From positions 1 to 53,989 of the forward strand of contig CAZSQR010000002.1 in assembly GCA_964609265.1 (NCBI GenBank): a stretch of 53,989 bases of DNA, read 5' to 3'. Below are positions 36,920 through 46,612 of this stretch, in pieces. The translations under genes and the position numbers were made by a program. Source of the stretch: Candidatus Woesearchaeota archaeon. GTDB taxonomy: Archaea; Nanobdellota; Nanobdellia; Pacearchaeales; GW2011-AR1. The notes beneath the pieces were generated by a model. The model made no database searches. It was not told where the DNA came from and saw only the letters and a list, made by a program, of their open reading frames with translations. Every line of letters starts with the position of its first letter. Positions within the stretch are counted from its first letter, which is position 1.

Positions 36920-37426
36920 ATGGTTGAAGAAACAATTTTACAGCATTGGATTTTTACAAGGTTTGCCTTGCCATTCCTTCTTATATTCTTTATAACTTAC
37001 GGGATTCTTATAAAATCTAAAGTTTTGGGGGATAAAACGCAGTTAAATGCTCTTGTTGCATTTATTATCGGATTGATTTTTGTTGCAGCGACTTCTCCAG
37101 TGTTAGTGGTTTCGAATTTAATTCTCTTTTTGACAGTTGCTATTGTTGTCATGTTCATAGGACTTTTACTCTGGGGATTTATTGCAGGTGATAAAGGTTT
37201 GAAATTTGAGGACGCCCCAAAAAGCCTGAAACTTTTCATAGGTGTTGCTATTGGTGTTGCTGTTTTGATTGCCTTGCTTTGGGCAATGGGACAAGGTCAG
37301 ACTTTCTTTGCGGGCATTTTTGGCTTTCTTTTTGGACAGGAATGGAGCGCAACCTTCTGGACAAATGCAGCGTTTATTATAGTAATCATTATTGCTCTTG
37401 CATTAGTTTTGAAAAACACTAAATAA
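36920..37426 (+). CDS. polytopic membrane protein (paralog 1)
   Basis: Shares ..LPFLLIF..(F/Y)GIL.(K/R).KV......N.(L/V)(V/I)A..IGL with the next gene. Confidence 0.6.
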   Translation: MVEETILQHWIFTRFALPFLLIFFITYGILIKSKVLGDKTQLNALVAFIIGLIFVAATSPVLVVSNLILFLTVAIVVMFIGLLLWGFIAGDKGLKFEDAPKSLKLFIGVAIGVAVLIALLWAMGQGQTFFAGIFGFLFGQEWSATFWTNAAFIIVIIIALALVLKNTK

Positions 37427-37548
37427 CAAAAGTGATTGGTTTTATTCTTAAATCTTTTTTAATTTTTTAGAACAATCCTTTTCTATGTTCTTCAACGAAT
37501 ATAACATATCTGCGAAACATATTTAAACAATCTTAACTAAATTTTTAT

Positions 37549-38121
37549 ATGCTTGAACAAATCCTTACATTACAGTGGGGCGGCTTTTACGGAGGGGATG
37601 TTGGGTCTCTTCTTTCTTACTGGGAACAGATTGGATTTTTTAGTTATATTCTGCCTTTTCTTTTGATCTTTGCACTTGTATTTGGGATTTTAACAAGAGT
37701 GAAAGTTTTTGATAATAAGTCAATTAATGGGGTTATTGCCCTTGTTATAGGTCTTTTGGCTCTTCAGTTTAATTTTGTTCCAATGTTTTTTTCAGAAATT
37801 TTTCCAAGACTTGGTGTAGGTCTTGCTGTAATTCTTGCGATACTTATTCTAGCAGGTCTTTTCCTTGACCCAAAAAATAAGGTTCAGAATTATGTTCTTT
37901 TGGGGATAGGAGCTGTTATTTTTATTGTTGTTCTTGTCCAGACTTTTGGATGGCTTGGATGGAGCAACTCTTATTTGTGGAATTATAATTGGTCTCAAAT
38001 TGCTGCCGTGGCTATTGTTATTATTATTATAACAATAATTTGGTCAAGCATTGGAGAAAGGAAGAAGATAGAACTTCCAGAGCATAACCCTATTTTGTTT
38101 GCACCTTATAAAGGAAGCTGA
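37549..38121 (+). CDS. polytopic membrane protein (paralog 2)
   Basis: ILPFLLIFALVFGILTRVKVFDNKSINGVIALVIGLLAL aligns with ALPFLLIFFITYGILIKSKVLGDKTQLNALVAFIIGLIFV of 36920..37426. Confidence 0.6.
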   Translation: MLEQILTLQWGGFYGGDVGSLLSYWEQIGFFSYILPFLLIFALVFGILTRVKVFDNKSINGVIALVIGLLALQFNFVPMFFSEIFPRLGVGLAVILAILILAGLFLDPKNKVQNYVLLGIGAVIFIVVLVQTFGWLGWSNSYLWNYNWSQIAAVAIVIIIITIIWSSIGERKKIELPEHNPILFAPYKGS

Positions 38122-38158
38122 GAAGAAAAATAATAAATTAGAATTTCTTTAAAATTAA

Positions 38159-39100
38159 TTACTTCTTCTTAGATTTCTTTTTCTTCTTAGACGATTTGTG
38201 GGTGACTGTTACTTTTTTTTCAATTTTATGGTGTGTGGGAAGATGCGCAGAGTGTTTGTATTTTTTTTCTTCTGCCTTGTCTGCCAAAGTGTTCACAACC
38301 TTTCCAAAAGATTCCTGCATCATAGACATTTCTTTCTTAACTCCCTCGATGCCACGACCGTAGGACCCGATTTTTTCAAGTATTTCTGCTTGTAATGCAT
38401 CTATGTTAAATTCTATCCTTTTTAGCCTGTCTGAGAGATTATCAATTTTCGTTTGCATGAGAACCTTAAATTCATTTAAATCTTCAAGTTGTTTTTGTAT
38501 TATTTTTGTTTTTTCAGAGAAAACTTGTTCTGCGATTTCAATCATGGTATCTGTATTTCCAGCACCTTGAGGAGCATATCCTGAGTAATCTGTGCCATCA
38601 TAGCCCTCATACCCTCCCATATCTCCCTGAGGATAGCTTCCTGCTTCATATTGCTGCTGAGAAGGGTATTGGGGGTATTGTCCTTGTTCCTGTACCTGAG
38701 ATGGCGGCATTGGTTGTGGTATATATTCCCCAGAAGTTCCAGCCCTATATTCTCCTTCTTCATATACCTCTTTATGCATAGGTCCAAATTTTTTCCGGTA
38801 TTTTTGAGAGCCTGAAGGAGATGGAGGGGGCATTAAATCTTCATCTGAAATTGAACCCTCTGTCGGAAGAGTCTCTGTTTCTTCAGGGGGCATCATAGAA
38901 GGCGTCATTTCCTCATTTCCTCCTTGGTAATTTGTTGTTGTGTTTGTTTCTTCTGAAGAAACAGCCTCTTTTATTTTCGCCTGGCTTAATGCATTATTTA
39001 TCTCTTTTGGGGGAATTCCCTGCTCTTTAAGCTTTCCAGTAATATCCTGATCTGAAAGGCCTTTTCCCCTAAGTTCCATTACTTGTTCTAAAACACCCAT
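38159..39100 (-). CDS. three-part protein: small helical N-domain, P/Q/Y/G-rich linker, C-terminal coiled coil
   Basis: N-terminus MGVLEQVMELRGKGLSDQDITGKLKEQGIPPKEINNALSQ, then a low-complexity middle, then C-terminal heptad-like segments and a basic tail. Confidence 0.6.
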   Translation of the reverse strand: MGVLEQVMELRGKGLSDQDITGKLKEQGIPPKEINNALSQAKIKEAVSSEETNTTTNYQGGNEEMTPSMMPPEETETLPTEGSISDEDLMPPPSPSGSQKYRKKFGPMHKEVYEEGEYRAGTSGEYIPQPMPPSQVQEQGQYPQYPSQQQYEAGSYPQGDMGGYEGYDGTDYSGYAPQGAGNTDTMIEIAEQVFSEKTKIIQKQLEDLNEFKVLMQTKIDNLSDRLKRIEFNIDALQAEILEKIGSYGRGIEGVKKEMSMMQESFGKVVNTLADKAEEKKYKHSAHLPTHHKIEKKVTVTHKSSKKKKKSKKK

Positions 39101-39133
39101 TTTTACTTTGGAAATTATTATTTAATTATTCTT

Positions 39134-39472
39134 TTATTTTTTTAAATCTTTTTTTCTAACAAATTCTAAGGGCTGAAACATTTTCGCCTGTTTTGACAAT
39201 ATTTCGAGATCCTCTTTTCTTGCAAATTTTGAAAATTCTGTTGAAGCCGTTTCCAAAAATGAGATAAGACGCTCCATATTTCTTTTCATTATCTCAAGTT
39301 CTTTTTTTATCTCAAGCAGGTCAGAATTTGTTTTTTCCTTTATTTCAACGAGATTTTGCCCTATGAGAAGCAATCTGTCTTTTAACATCCTGTTTTTTTC
39401 TTCAAGGTCTCTTATTTTTGTGTTAATGTCCGGGAGATACTGATTTTCATATCCTCCACGCTCTTCTGCCAT
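39134..39472 (-). CDS. coiled-coil protein
   Basis: 112 aa, heptad-rich (IRDLEEKNRMLKDRLLLIGQNLVEIKEK...). It is divergent from the pilus ATPase gene. Confidence 0.55.
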   Translation of the reverse strand: MAEERGGYENQYLPDINTKIRDLEEKNRMLKDRLLLIGQNLVEIKEKTNSDLLEIKKELEIMKRNMERLISFLETASTEFSKFARKEDLEILSKQAKMFQPLEFVRKKDLKK

Positions 39473-39624
39473 GAAAAATTAAAGTCATAGCGGTTTAAAT
39501 TTGTTTGTGTTATAAAAATAAAATTTATTTATCTTTCTTTTATTAATATTCCAAAATATTCTTTTTTACACAAAAAATCTTTAAACTTCAATCCTTTTAT
39601 TTTTAGAGATTATTTTTTACCAAA

Positions 39625-41958
39625 ATGGCAAAAGCTAAAAAAGAGGGAGGGGTTGAAGAAAGTCAGATTCGGGCAGGAGAAAGGCCCAGATACTCTTTTG
39701 AAATAAAAAGAGAAGGTGGAGAAGATGCCCTTTACATGAATTATTTAGGAGCTCCTTTTGTTCCTAGTTTGGCAGATTACCCAGAGGTTATGGAGAGGAC
39801 AATTGACGCCCTTATTGAAAATCCAAATGTTTCAAGAATTGTTTATGTGCAGCAGAAAAATTATAATTATGATTTTAAGGAAACAACTTATCTCTTGGAG
39901 ATTTCACATCTTTATACGTATCTGATGCACCAGGAAAAGATTTTATCAAAAGAAAAATTGGCTCCTGGAAATGAAAATTTTTTCCCAAAAAGATACAACG
40001 ATATTTTTTCTTTTCTTTTGCTTTTGAAAAGAGACCCTCTTGCAGCCTATTTTGAATTAAAAAAGCTCATTTTCCAGGCGCGGATACTTTTTGAAAAACT
40101 TGGGGAATCTTATAAGTCTGCTCAATCAGCGTATATTGGTGTTCTTGAAAAAATTCTTGGAATGATAAATAAAACAAGTCTTGTTAGAGATGCCTTTCCT
40201 TATCTCGATGATTACAGGAAAGGGAACAGGGAAATTTACAATAAGCTTTTCAAGCCAGATGTTATACCTAATTTCACTTTTACTAGACTTATCTCAGATA
40301 TTCCTGAAGAAGCAGAGATAGTTGACCAGTATGAAATTTCTGGTGATGAGGATAAAAATGATGTTTCTGTTGTCACAATCTTAAAAAAGAAAAACGATTC
40401 TAAATTTTTATATCACATCGTGCCTCCTGAGAATTCTTTAAGTGAGGACCATAATATGTTGTTGAATCTGGCTAGGGGCGTTCTGATTGAGCATCAGCCA
40501 AAGGCAGAAGAGTTTACAGACACTGAGAGAACAAGGCAGGTTTTTTTTAACATTTCAAAAGACCTTTTACAGGACCTTTCACAAAGCAAGAAAATTAAAG
40601 TGAGTTACTCTGAAATAAACAAGCTTGCAATAATTCTTGTCAGGCACACGATTGGCTTCGGTCTTCTCGAGGTTCTTTTGCAGGATAAGAATCTTCAGGA
40701 TATTTCTCTTAATGCTCCAATTTCAATGATTCCTGTTTTTGTAAGGCACCAGGAATTTGATGAGTGCATAACAAACATTCTTCCAAGCCAGGAAGATGTA
40801 GATTCATGGGCTGCGAAATTCAGGCTTGTTTCCGGCAGGCCTCTGGATGAGGCAAATCCTATTCTTGATACTCAGCTTGAAATAGGAAAAATCCGTGCCA
40901 GAATAGCAATTATTCAAAGACCTTTAAGCCCTGATGGCCTGGCTTATGCTGTCAGAAGGCATAGAGAAGAGCCATGGACTTTTCCTCTTTTTGTTCAGAA
41001 CAAAATGATAAATCCTCTGGCTGCAGGACTTATGAGTTTTTTGGCTGATGGTTCAAGGACAATGCTTATTGCAGGGACAAGAAGCTCTGGTAAAACAAGC
41101 CTTCTTGGAAGCTTAATGCTTGAGATACTTCCAAAATACAGAATAATTGTTATTGAGGATTCTCTGGAATTGCCTGTTGAATCGTTGAGAAAATTGAAGT
41201 ATGATATTTTAAGAATGAAGGTTCGTTCTGCTCTTCTTAAGACAACTACAGAAGTGTCTGCAGATGACGGAATAAGAACGAGTTTAAGACTTGGAGACAG
41301 CTGTTTAATTATTGGTGAAGTGAGAAGCGTTGAGGCTCAGGCTCTTTATGAAGCTATGAGAGTTGGTGCACTTGCAAATGTTGTCGCAGGAACAATTCAC
41401 GGAGCCTCTCCTTATGGTGTTTTTGACCGTGTTGTTAATGACCTTGATGTGCCTGCCACAAGTTTCAAGGCTACAGATATTATAGCAGTTGCAAATCCGA
41501 TAAAAACTCCTGATGGCCTGCATTCTTTTAAGAGGCTTGTCCAGATTTCAGAAGTGAGAAAGCACTGGCAGAAAGACCCTTTGGAGGAAAAAGGCTTTGT
41601 GGACCTGATGAAATACAATGTTGAAACTGACCAGCTAGAGCCGACAGAAGATTTAATCAACGGAGACAGTGAGGTTATCAAAGATGTTGCATCCAATGTC
41701 AAAGGCTGGGCTGGTGACTGGGACGCTGTCTGGGATAACGTTCTTTTAAGAGCAAAGATAAAAGAAGAACTTGTGAAAACAGCTGAAAGGATGAAAAATT
41801 TTCAGATTCTTGAGTCAGAGTTTAGCACCCAATCAAATCAGGCTTTTCACAGGATTTCTGATGAAGTCCGGAAAGAAGTTGGCTTGCCTGTTAGCGAAAA
41901 AGTTTTTCCTGCGTGGCAGAAGTGGCTGAATCAGGAAATCAAGAAGCGAAAATTGTAA
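39625..41958 (+). CDS. type II/IV secretion-family ATPase (FlaI/PilB/VirB11-like) with long N-terminal extension
   Basis: Walker A GTRSSGKTS, Asp box IVIEDSLEL, Walker B IIGEVRSVEA, His box GTIHGAS. About 430 aa precede the ATPase core. Confidence 0.85.
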   Translation: MAKAKKEGGVEESQIRAGERPRYSFEIKREGGEDALYMNYLGAPFVPSLADYPEVMERTIDALIENPNVSRIVYVQQKNYNYDFKETTYLLEISHLYTYLMHQEKILSKEKLAPGNENFFPKRYNDIFSFLLLLKRDPLAAYFELKKLIFQARILFEKLGESYKSAQSAYIGVLEKILGMINKTSLVRDAFPYLDDYRKGNREIYNKLFKPDVIPNFTFTRLISDIPEEAEIVDQYEISGDEDKNDVSVVTILKKKNDSKFLYHIVPPENSLSEDHNMLLNLARGVLIEHQPKAEEFTDTERTRQVFFNISKDLLQDLSQSKKIKVSYSEINKLAIILVRHTIGFGLLEVLLQDKNLQDISLNAPISMIPVFVRHQEFDECITNILPSQEDVDSWAAKFRLVSGRPLDEANPILDTQLEIGKIRARIAIIQRPLSPDGLAYAVRRHREEPWTFPLFVQNKMINPLAAGLMSFLADGSRTMLIAGTRSSGKTSLLGSLMLEILPKYRIIVIEDSLELPVESLRKLKYDILRMKVRSALLKTTTEVSADDGIRTSLRLGDSCLIIGEVRSVEAQALYEAMRVGALANVVAGTIHGASPYGVFDRVVNDLDVPATSFKATDIIAVANPIKTPDGLHSFKRLVQISEVRKHWQKDPLEEKGFVDLMKYNVETDQLEPTEDLINGDSEVIKDVASNVKGWAGDWDAVWDNVLLRAKIKEELVKTAERMKNFQILESEFSTQSNQAFHRISDEVRKEVGLPVSEKVFPAWQKWLNQEIKKRKL

Positions 41959-41990
41959 ATATTTATTAATCTAGATTCCTTAAGTGGTTC

Positions 41991-42521
41991 ATGGATTGGT
42001 TTACTATTCATTTTATAATTTTGTACGCAGTTTTATACGGGGCAACCATGAAAATTGCAGACCTCCTTAACGAACACGGATTAAAATGGTTTAAGGGATT
42101 AGATATTCTTTTTGGTTTTTTATGGGGGATTTTTGGAATTTTCTTGATAATAAGTAATGTTTATGTTGCAAATGTTCTTTTGGCAATGGTTCTTGCATTT
42201 ATCATTAGAATGCGTATTGATTATTTGAATCATGCAATAGCCACTCTTGTGATTATAATTTCATTTTTATCTTATAGCTTATTTGAGCCAAAAATATTTT
42301 TTATTTTCTTAGGAGTTTTCATAATTTTTGGTTCGATAAAAGACTATCTTGGTGATAAATTAAAGAGTAAGGGGGTTTTCCAAATAATATCTGAATCTGG
42401 TTGGTATTATGTTATTCCCACTTTGATCTATGCTTTAGTTACTTCTCGATGGATTGTCTTTTATGTTTTTACCACCTATATTATTTCCTATGATCTTGTG
42501 AAATATGTTTGGGAGAAATAA
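41991..42521 (+). CDS. polytopic membrane protein
   Basis: 176 aa with about 6 hydrophobic helices, located between the ATPase and the platform candidate. Confidence 0.55.
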   Translation: MDWFTIHFIILYAVLYGATMKIADLLNEHGLKWFKGLDILFGFLWGIFGIFLIISNVYVANVLLAMVLAFIIRMRIDYLNHAIATLVIIISFLSYSLFEPKIFFIFLGVFIIFGSIKDYLGDKLKSKGVFQIISESGWYYVIPTLIYALVTSRWIVFYVFTTYIISYDLVKYVWEK

Positions 42522-42600
42522 TCCCAAAATTTATTAACTAAATTTAACTACTTCTTTTAGATAAAAATAATTAGTTCCGCAATTAAAAAAAGAGGAGAAA

Positions 42601-44778
42601 ATGCCTGCATCTGATAAAGACGTTAAGGATATTTTAAAGAAATACGGGAGAAAAATAGAAGAAAGAATTTCAACGACTTCTGCATCTGGTGGGATAAAGA
42701 AAGATTACAGCCAGGAATATACGAGGTTTAAAGAAGAAATGGCTCCTGAGATTTCGAAATATGAGAAATGGTGCAAAAGTCTTGGCAGCATGATTAAGCT
42801 GAAGTTTTCTGAAAAAGATACTTTAGAGATAAAGAAAAGTATTGAAACAGCTAATCTTGACCTTGAGCCATGGCAGCCTTTGAATCTGAGTGTTATGGCT
42901 TTTATCAGCATTTTTTTCCTGGGGCTTTTAATTTCTGTTGCAGTTGTTTTTATCCACGGAAACTTAAACGCTTTTCCCTTCTTATTTTTCTTTCTCACAA
43001 TTATTTTTTCATTATTTGTTTTTTATTTTATGAAGGCTTATCCAGCAAGACTTGCGAATAAATGGCGTTTGAAAGCTTCAAGTCAGATGGTCCCTGCTAT
43101 TTTGTATGTAGTTGTTTATATGAGGCACACGCCTAATTTAGAAAGAGCTATTGCTTTTGCAGCTGAACATTTGCAGTATCCCCTGGCACTTGACCTGAAA
43201 AAAGTTTTTTATGATGTCCAGGTTGGGAGATATTCCACTATAAAAGAAAGTCTTGATAAATATCTTGATAGATGGAGGGATTACTCTGTTGAGTTTATTG
43301 AATCATTCCATCTTATAGAAAGTAGCTTGTATGAGCCAGAGGAGACCAGAAGAATTCAGACTCTGGAGAAAGCTCTGAAGGTTGTTCTCGATGGTGTTTA
43401 CGACAAGATGTTAAAATTCACGCATAATGTGAAAAGTCCTTTGACCAGTATTTACATGCTTGGGATTGTTTTGCCGACACTTGGTCTTGCTCTTCTGCCT
43501 TTGGCAACTGCAATGCTTGGAGGACTTCTGACGTGGATCCACGTTCTTATCCTTTTCAATATGATTATTCCCTTTTTTGTTTTTTATCTCACTGACAAAG
43601 TGGTTTTTTTAAGACCAGGCGGACATGGAGAGGCTTCTTTGCTTGAGAGAAATCCCTTATATTATAAATACAAAAGTAAAGCACCTTATTTTAAGGCATT
43701 TTTTATTACACTTCCTTTTCTTATCCTCGGTTTTTTGCCGTTGATATTTCAGTACACCCCTTTTCCAGAAATGGTTGGTCTGCAGAAAGATTACACTTTT
43801 TCAGAAATTGGACTTGGGTTTTTTGGTGATGGCAGCTTTTTTGGTTTTATGGACACAGCTACAGGGGCTAAAGGACCTTTTGGAACAGGCGCATTAATTC
43901 TAAGTATGTTTATCCCTCTAGGGATTGCAATGTTTTTTTCAATAGCATTTAAAGCCAGGACAAAAGAGCTGATTGTTGAAAGAGAGAAAACTAAGCAGCT
44001 TGAACTTGAGTTTAATAATTCCTTGTTCCAGATAGGAAACAGAGTAGGAAATGGCGTCCCGCCTGAACTTGTTTTTGGGAAAGTTGCAGAATCTTCTAAA
44101 GGACTGCGAACAGAGGACTTTTTCAGAAAAGTTAATTACAATATAAGGCAAATGGGCATGAGTGTTGAAAAAGCTATTTTTGACTCGAGAAGAGGAGCAA
44201 TCATTCATTATCCTTCTGAGCTGATATCCATAAGTATGAAAATTCTTGTTGAGTCTGCAAAAAAAGGATTGAAAATCGCGGCAGTCAGCATGATGAGCAT
44301 TTCAGAATACGTTAAAAATATTCACAAAATTACTGCCAGACTCAGAGATATGCTTGCAGAAGTCATTTCTGATATGAAGTCAAATATGAACTTCCTTGCT
44401 CCGTTGCTTGCAGGAGTTGTTGTTGGTCTGGCTACAATGATCACTGAAATTCTGGCAAAGCTAAGAATAACAGGACTTCAAGAAGAGGGTGCAGAAGCTG
44501 CGTTGGGCGGTCTTGGAAACTTAATGGATATCTTTGAAGTTACTCAGATGATCCCCCCCTATTTTCTTCAGATTATTATTGGCATTTATCTCATCCAAAT
44601 AATTTTTATTTTAACAAGAACTCTTGTAATAGTGGAGTCTGGCGATGACAAACTTCAGACAACAAACATTTTGGGAAGGAACTTTACTTCCGGAATAGTA
44701 CTTTATTTTATAACAGCTCTTTTTGCAACAATTGCTTTGTTCATACTGACCAGCATTGTTATTGGAGGGCTGGTTTAA
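42601..44778 (+). CDS. large polytopic membrane protein, candidate FlaJ/TadC-type pilus platform
   Basis: 725 aa. Soluble helical segments alternate with TM bundles. It is preceded by GAGGAG and holds the conserved position downstream of the secretion ATPase. The T2SSF domain is not verified. Confidence 0.55.
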   Translation: MPASDKDVKDILKKYGRKIEERISTTSASGGIKKDYSQEYTRFKEEMAPEISKYEKWCKSLGSMIKLKFSEKDTLEIKKSIETANLDLEPWQPLNLSVMAFISIFFLGLLISVAVVFIHGNLNAFPFLFFFLTIIFSLFVFYFMKAYPARLANKWRLKASSQMVPAILYVVVYMRHTPNLERAIAFAAEHLQYPLALDLKKVFYDVQVGRYSTIKESLDKYLDRWRDYSVEFIESFHLIESSLYEPEETRRIQTLEKALKVVLDGVYDKMLKFTHNVKSPLTSIYMLGIVLPTLGLALLPLATAMLGGLLTWIHVLILFNMIIPFFVFYLTDKVVFLRPGGHGEASLLERNPLYYKYKSKAPYFKAFFITLPFLILGFLPLIFQYTPFPEMVGLQKDYTFSEIGLGFFGDGSFFGFMDTATGAKGPFGTGALILSMFIPLGIAMFFSIAFKARTKELIVEREKTKQLELEFNNSLFQIGNRVGNGVPPELVFGKVAESSKGLRTEDFFRKVNYNIRQMGMSVEKAIFDSRRGAIIHYPSELISISMKILVESAKKGLKIAAVSMMSISEYVKNIHKITARLRDMLAEVISDMKSNMNFLAPLLAGVVVGLATMITEILAKLRITGLQEEGAEAALGGLGNLMDIFEVTQMIPPYFLQIIIGIYLIQIIFILTRTLVIVESGDDKLQTTNILGRNFTSGIVLYFITALFATIALFILTSIVIGGLV

Positions 44779-44870
44779 TTAAGAGATAATTTAGTTAAAT
44801 TTATTAAATAGGGTTTGCTTTTTCTGTTATGAATTGTTTTATGTATTTTATTAAAAGAGAGGCTGAGAAA

Positions 44871-45026
44871 ATGATTTTCAAGAAAATGAAGCGCGGGATT
44901 ATATCAGAATATCTTCCGTGGATTTTAATTGCTGTTGCAGTCCTTGTTATCTTAATGATTACAATTTTTATTTTAAGGGGAAGGGGGGTTTCCCTCGTGG
45001 ACAATCTGAAGAACTTGTTAAGATAA
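44871..45026 (+). CDS. short prepilin-like protein (class III signal peptide)
   Basis: MIFKKMKRG followed by the hydrophobic IISEYLPWILIAVAVLVILMITIFIL. An upstream in-frame ATG at 44829 is an alternative start. Confidence 0.5.
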   Translation: MIFKKMKRGIISEYLPWILIAVAVLVILMITIFILRGRGVSLVDNLKNLLR

Positions 45027-45043
45027 ACTTTTAATAAACAAAA

Positions 45044-45205
45044 ATGGAACTAACTATAGGAACCCTGATAAAAATAATTATAGGTGTTCTGGTTTTTATA
45101 GTTGTAATTATAGGTGTTTACTTTTTTTTCAGGAATTATGTCATTGAATTTTTTAAGGAAGGAAATCAGACAGCAGGGATTATTTTAAGTCTGATAAAAT
45201 ACTAA
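45044..45205 (+). CDS. micro-ORF, single-helix membrane peptide (53 aa), not in ORF track
   Basis: MELTIGTLIKIIIGVLVFIVVIIGVYFFFRNYVIEFFKEGNQTAGIILSLIKY. It fills the gap between two pilin-like genes. Confidence 0.4.
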   Translation: MELTIGTLIKIIIGVLVFIVVIIGVYFFFRNYVIEFFKEGNQTAGIILSLIKY

Positions 45206-45213
45206 AAAATAAA

Positions 45214-45693
45214 ATGGATAAAAGAGGTTTTTTACTCGCAGAAGAGACTTTGAAGATAATACTCGCAGTGATTTCAATCGGTTTTTTGGCATATCTGCTT
45301 TTTTCTATTTATTCAGTAAGAAGAGAATCAAGAGATTTAGAACTTGCAAAGTCGTCTCTGGAGCATTTAATTAAAGAAATTGATGTAGGGGCAACAGAAG
45401 TTGATATTTATAATCCAGCGGATTCTTGGTGGTATGTTGTTTCATGGCCTATCATAGGAGAAAAACCACTCTATTGTGAGAATATTGGATGGGAAAAATG
45501 TCTCTGTATTTGTAAGTTTTCTACTGCTCAGATGGTTTCCCCCTCTAAGTTAAGCAGCCTTTGCGACAATAAAGGCGTTTGCATGGAAAGTTCTGCTTAT
45601 GTTAATAATAACGGAGACTTCTACATTTGGATTGAAAAAGCACCTCTTACATTAAAAATAAATAATGAAAGGGAGATATCTAAAAAAGAATAA
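45214..45693 (+). CDS. prepilin-like protein, Cys-rich
   Basis: MDKRG followed by FLLAEETLKIILAVISIGFLAYLLF. Seven Cys in the mature part. Confidence 0.65.
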   Translation: MDKRGFLLAEETLKIILAVISIGFLAYLLFSIYSVRRESRDLELAKSSLEHLIKEIDVGATEVDIYNPADSWWYVVSWPIIGEKPLYCENIGWEKCLCICKFSTAQMVSPSKLSSLCDNKGVCMESSAYVNNNGDFYIWIEKAPLTLKINNEREISKKE

Positions 45694-45695
45694 AA

Positions 45696-45803
45696 ATGGA
45701 CACAGAGGTTTTGATAAGATATTTAATATGGATTGTATTTTTCGCGGTAGCGCTTGCAGGACTTTATTTCATGTTAAAAAAGTTTGGGTTGATTGGATTT
45801 TAA
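45696..45803 (+). CDS. micro-ORF, single-helix membrane peptide (35 aa), not in ORF track
   Basis: MDTEVLIRYLIWIVFFAVALAGLYFMLKKFGLIGF. It starts 2 nt after the preceding stop. Confidence 0.35.
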   Translation: MDTEVLIRYLIWIVFFAVALAGLYFMLKKFGLIGF

Positions 45804-45818
45804 CCAAGCAAAAATCAG

Positions 45819-46586
45819 ATGAAAATCAGAAAAATAAAAGAAAAGAATATTGGGAAAAAAGGAGAGATTACAACAAAGCAGTTAGTTACAATAATTGTTC
45901 TTATAGTGAGCTTTATTGTTGTTTTATTCCTGCTTTTCAGGCTGAATCTGGGTGAAACATCAAATAAAGAGATATGTCATAATTCTATTGTTTTGAGAGG
46001 CCAGGCAGGGATTATTTCAGGACCTCTTAACTGCAGGACAAATTACCTCTGTATTTCAGGAGGTGAAAAGTGTGGTGGAATAACTCCTACAGAGACAATA
46101 AATGTTGACCCAAAGAATAAAGAAGAAATAATGAAGGCTCTTGCAGAAGAAATGGCTGACTGCTGGTGGATGTTTGGCGAGGGAGAAGTAAGTTATGTTG
46201 ACAGAAATGCATTTAATGATGTTGCCTGCTCAATATGCTCAATAGTTGAATTTGATAAAAAAGTCAAAGAAGGAGTTAAACCGATTGAATACAGAGATTT
46301 TTATGATTATCTGAGAATCACTTCTAAATCAGACTCACAAACATATCTTCAGTATCTTTATGATGTAAACTCTTTAGAGAATCTTGAGGAAGGATTTAAT
46401 CAGACTTTTGGTGATGTTTTGGATGAAACTCTTGACTCTGAAAAAAATTATGTTATCTTAACCGGAATGTCAAAAGGAATCTTTTTTACTCGTTGGAAAA
46501 GCAGACATGTTCCAGTTGTGATAATAGAAAGAAAAACTGAAAATTTTGATAAAGTAGGGTGTGACACATTCTTAACAAAAGCATAA
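45819..46586 (+). CDS. prepilin-like protein, Cys-rich
   Basis: ...NIGKKG followed by EITTKQLVTIIVLIVSFIVVLFLLF. Multiple Cys pairs in the 255-aa protein. Confidence 0.65.
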   Translation: MKIRKIKEKNIGKKGEITTKQLVTIIVLIVSFIVVLFLLFRLNLGETSNKEICHNSIVLRGQAGIISGPLNCRTNYLCISGGEKCGGITPTETINVDPKNKEEIMKALAEEMADCWWMFGEGEVSYVDRNAFNDVACSICSIVEFDKKVKEGVKPIEYRDFYDYLRITSKSDSQTYLQYLYDVNSLENLEEGFNQTFGDVLDETLDSEKNYVILTGMSKGIFFTRWKSRHVPVVIIERKTENFDKVGCDTFLTKA

Positions 46587-46612
46587 ACTAATACTAAAAG
46601 ATTAATAATAAA

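Noticed and set aside
45665-45955. 96-aa plus-strand ORF overlapping the end of one pilin gene and the start of another
   Set aside because: It overlaps 45214..45693 and 45819..46586 in another frame. The gap is better explained by the 35-aa micro-ORF plus the K-K-G prepilin start at 45819.
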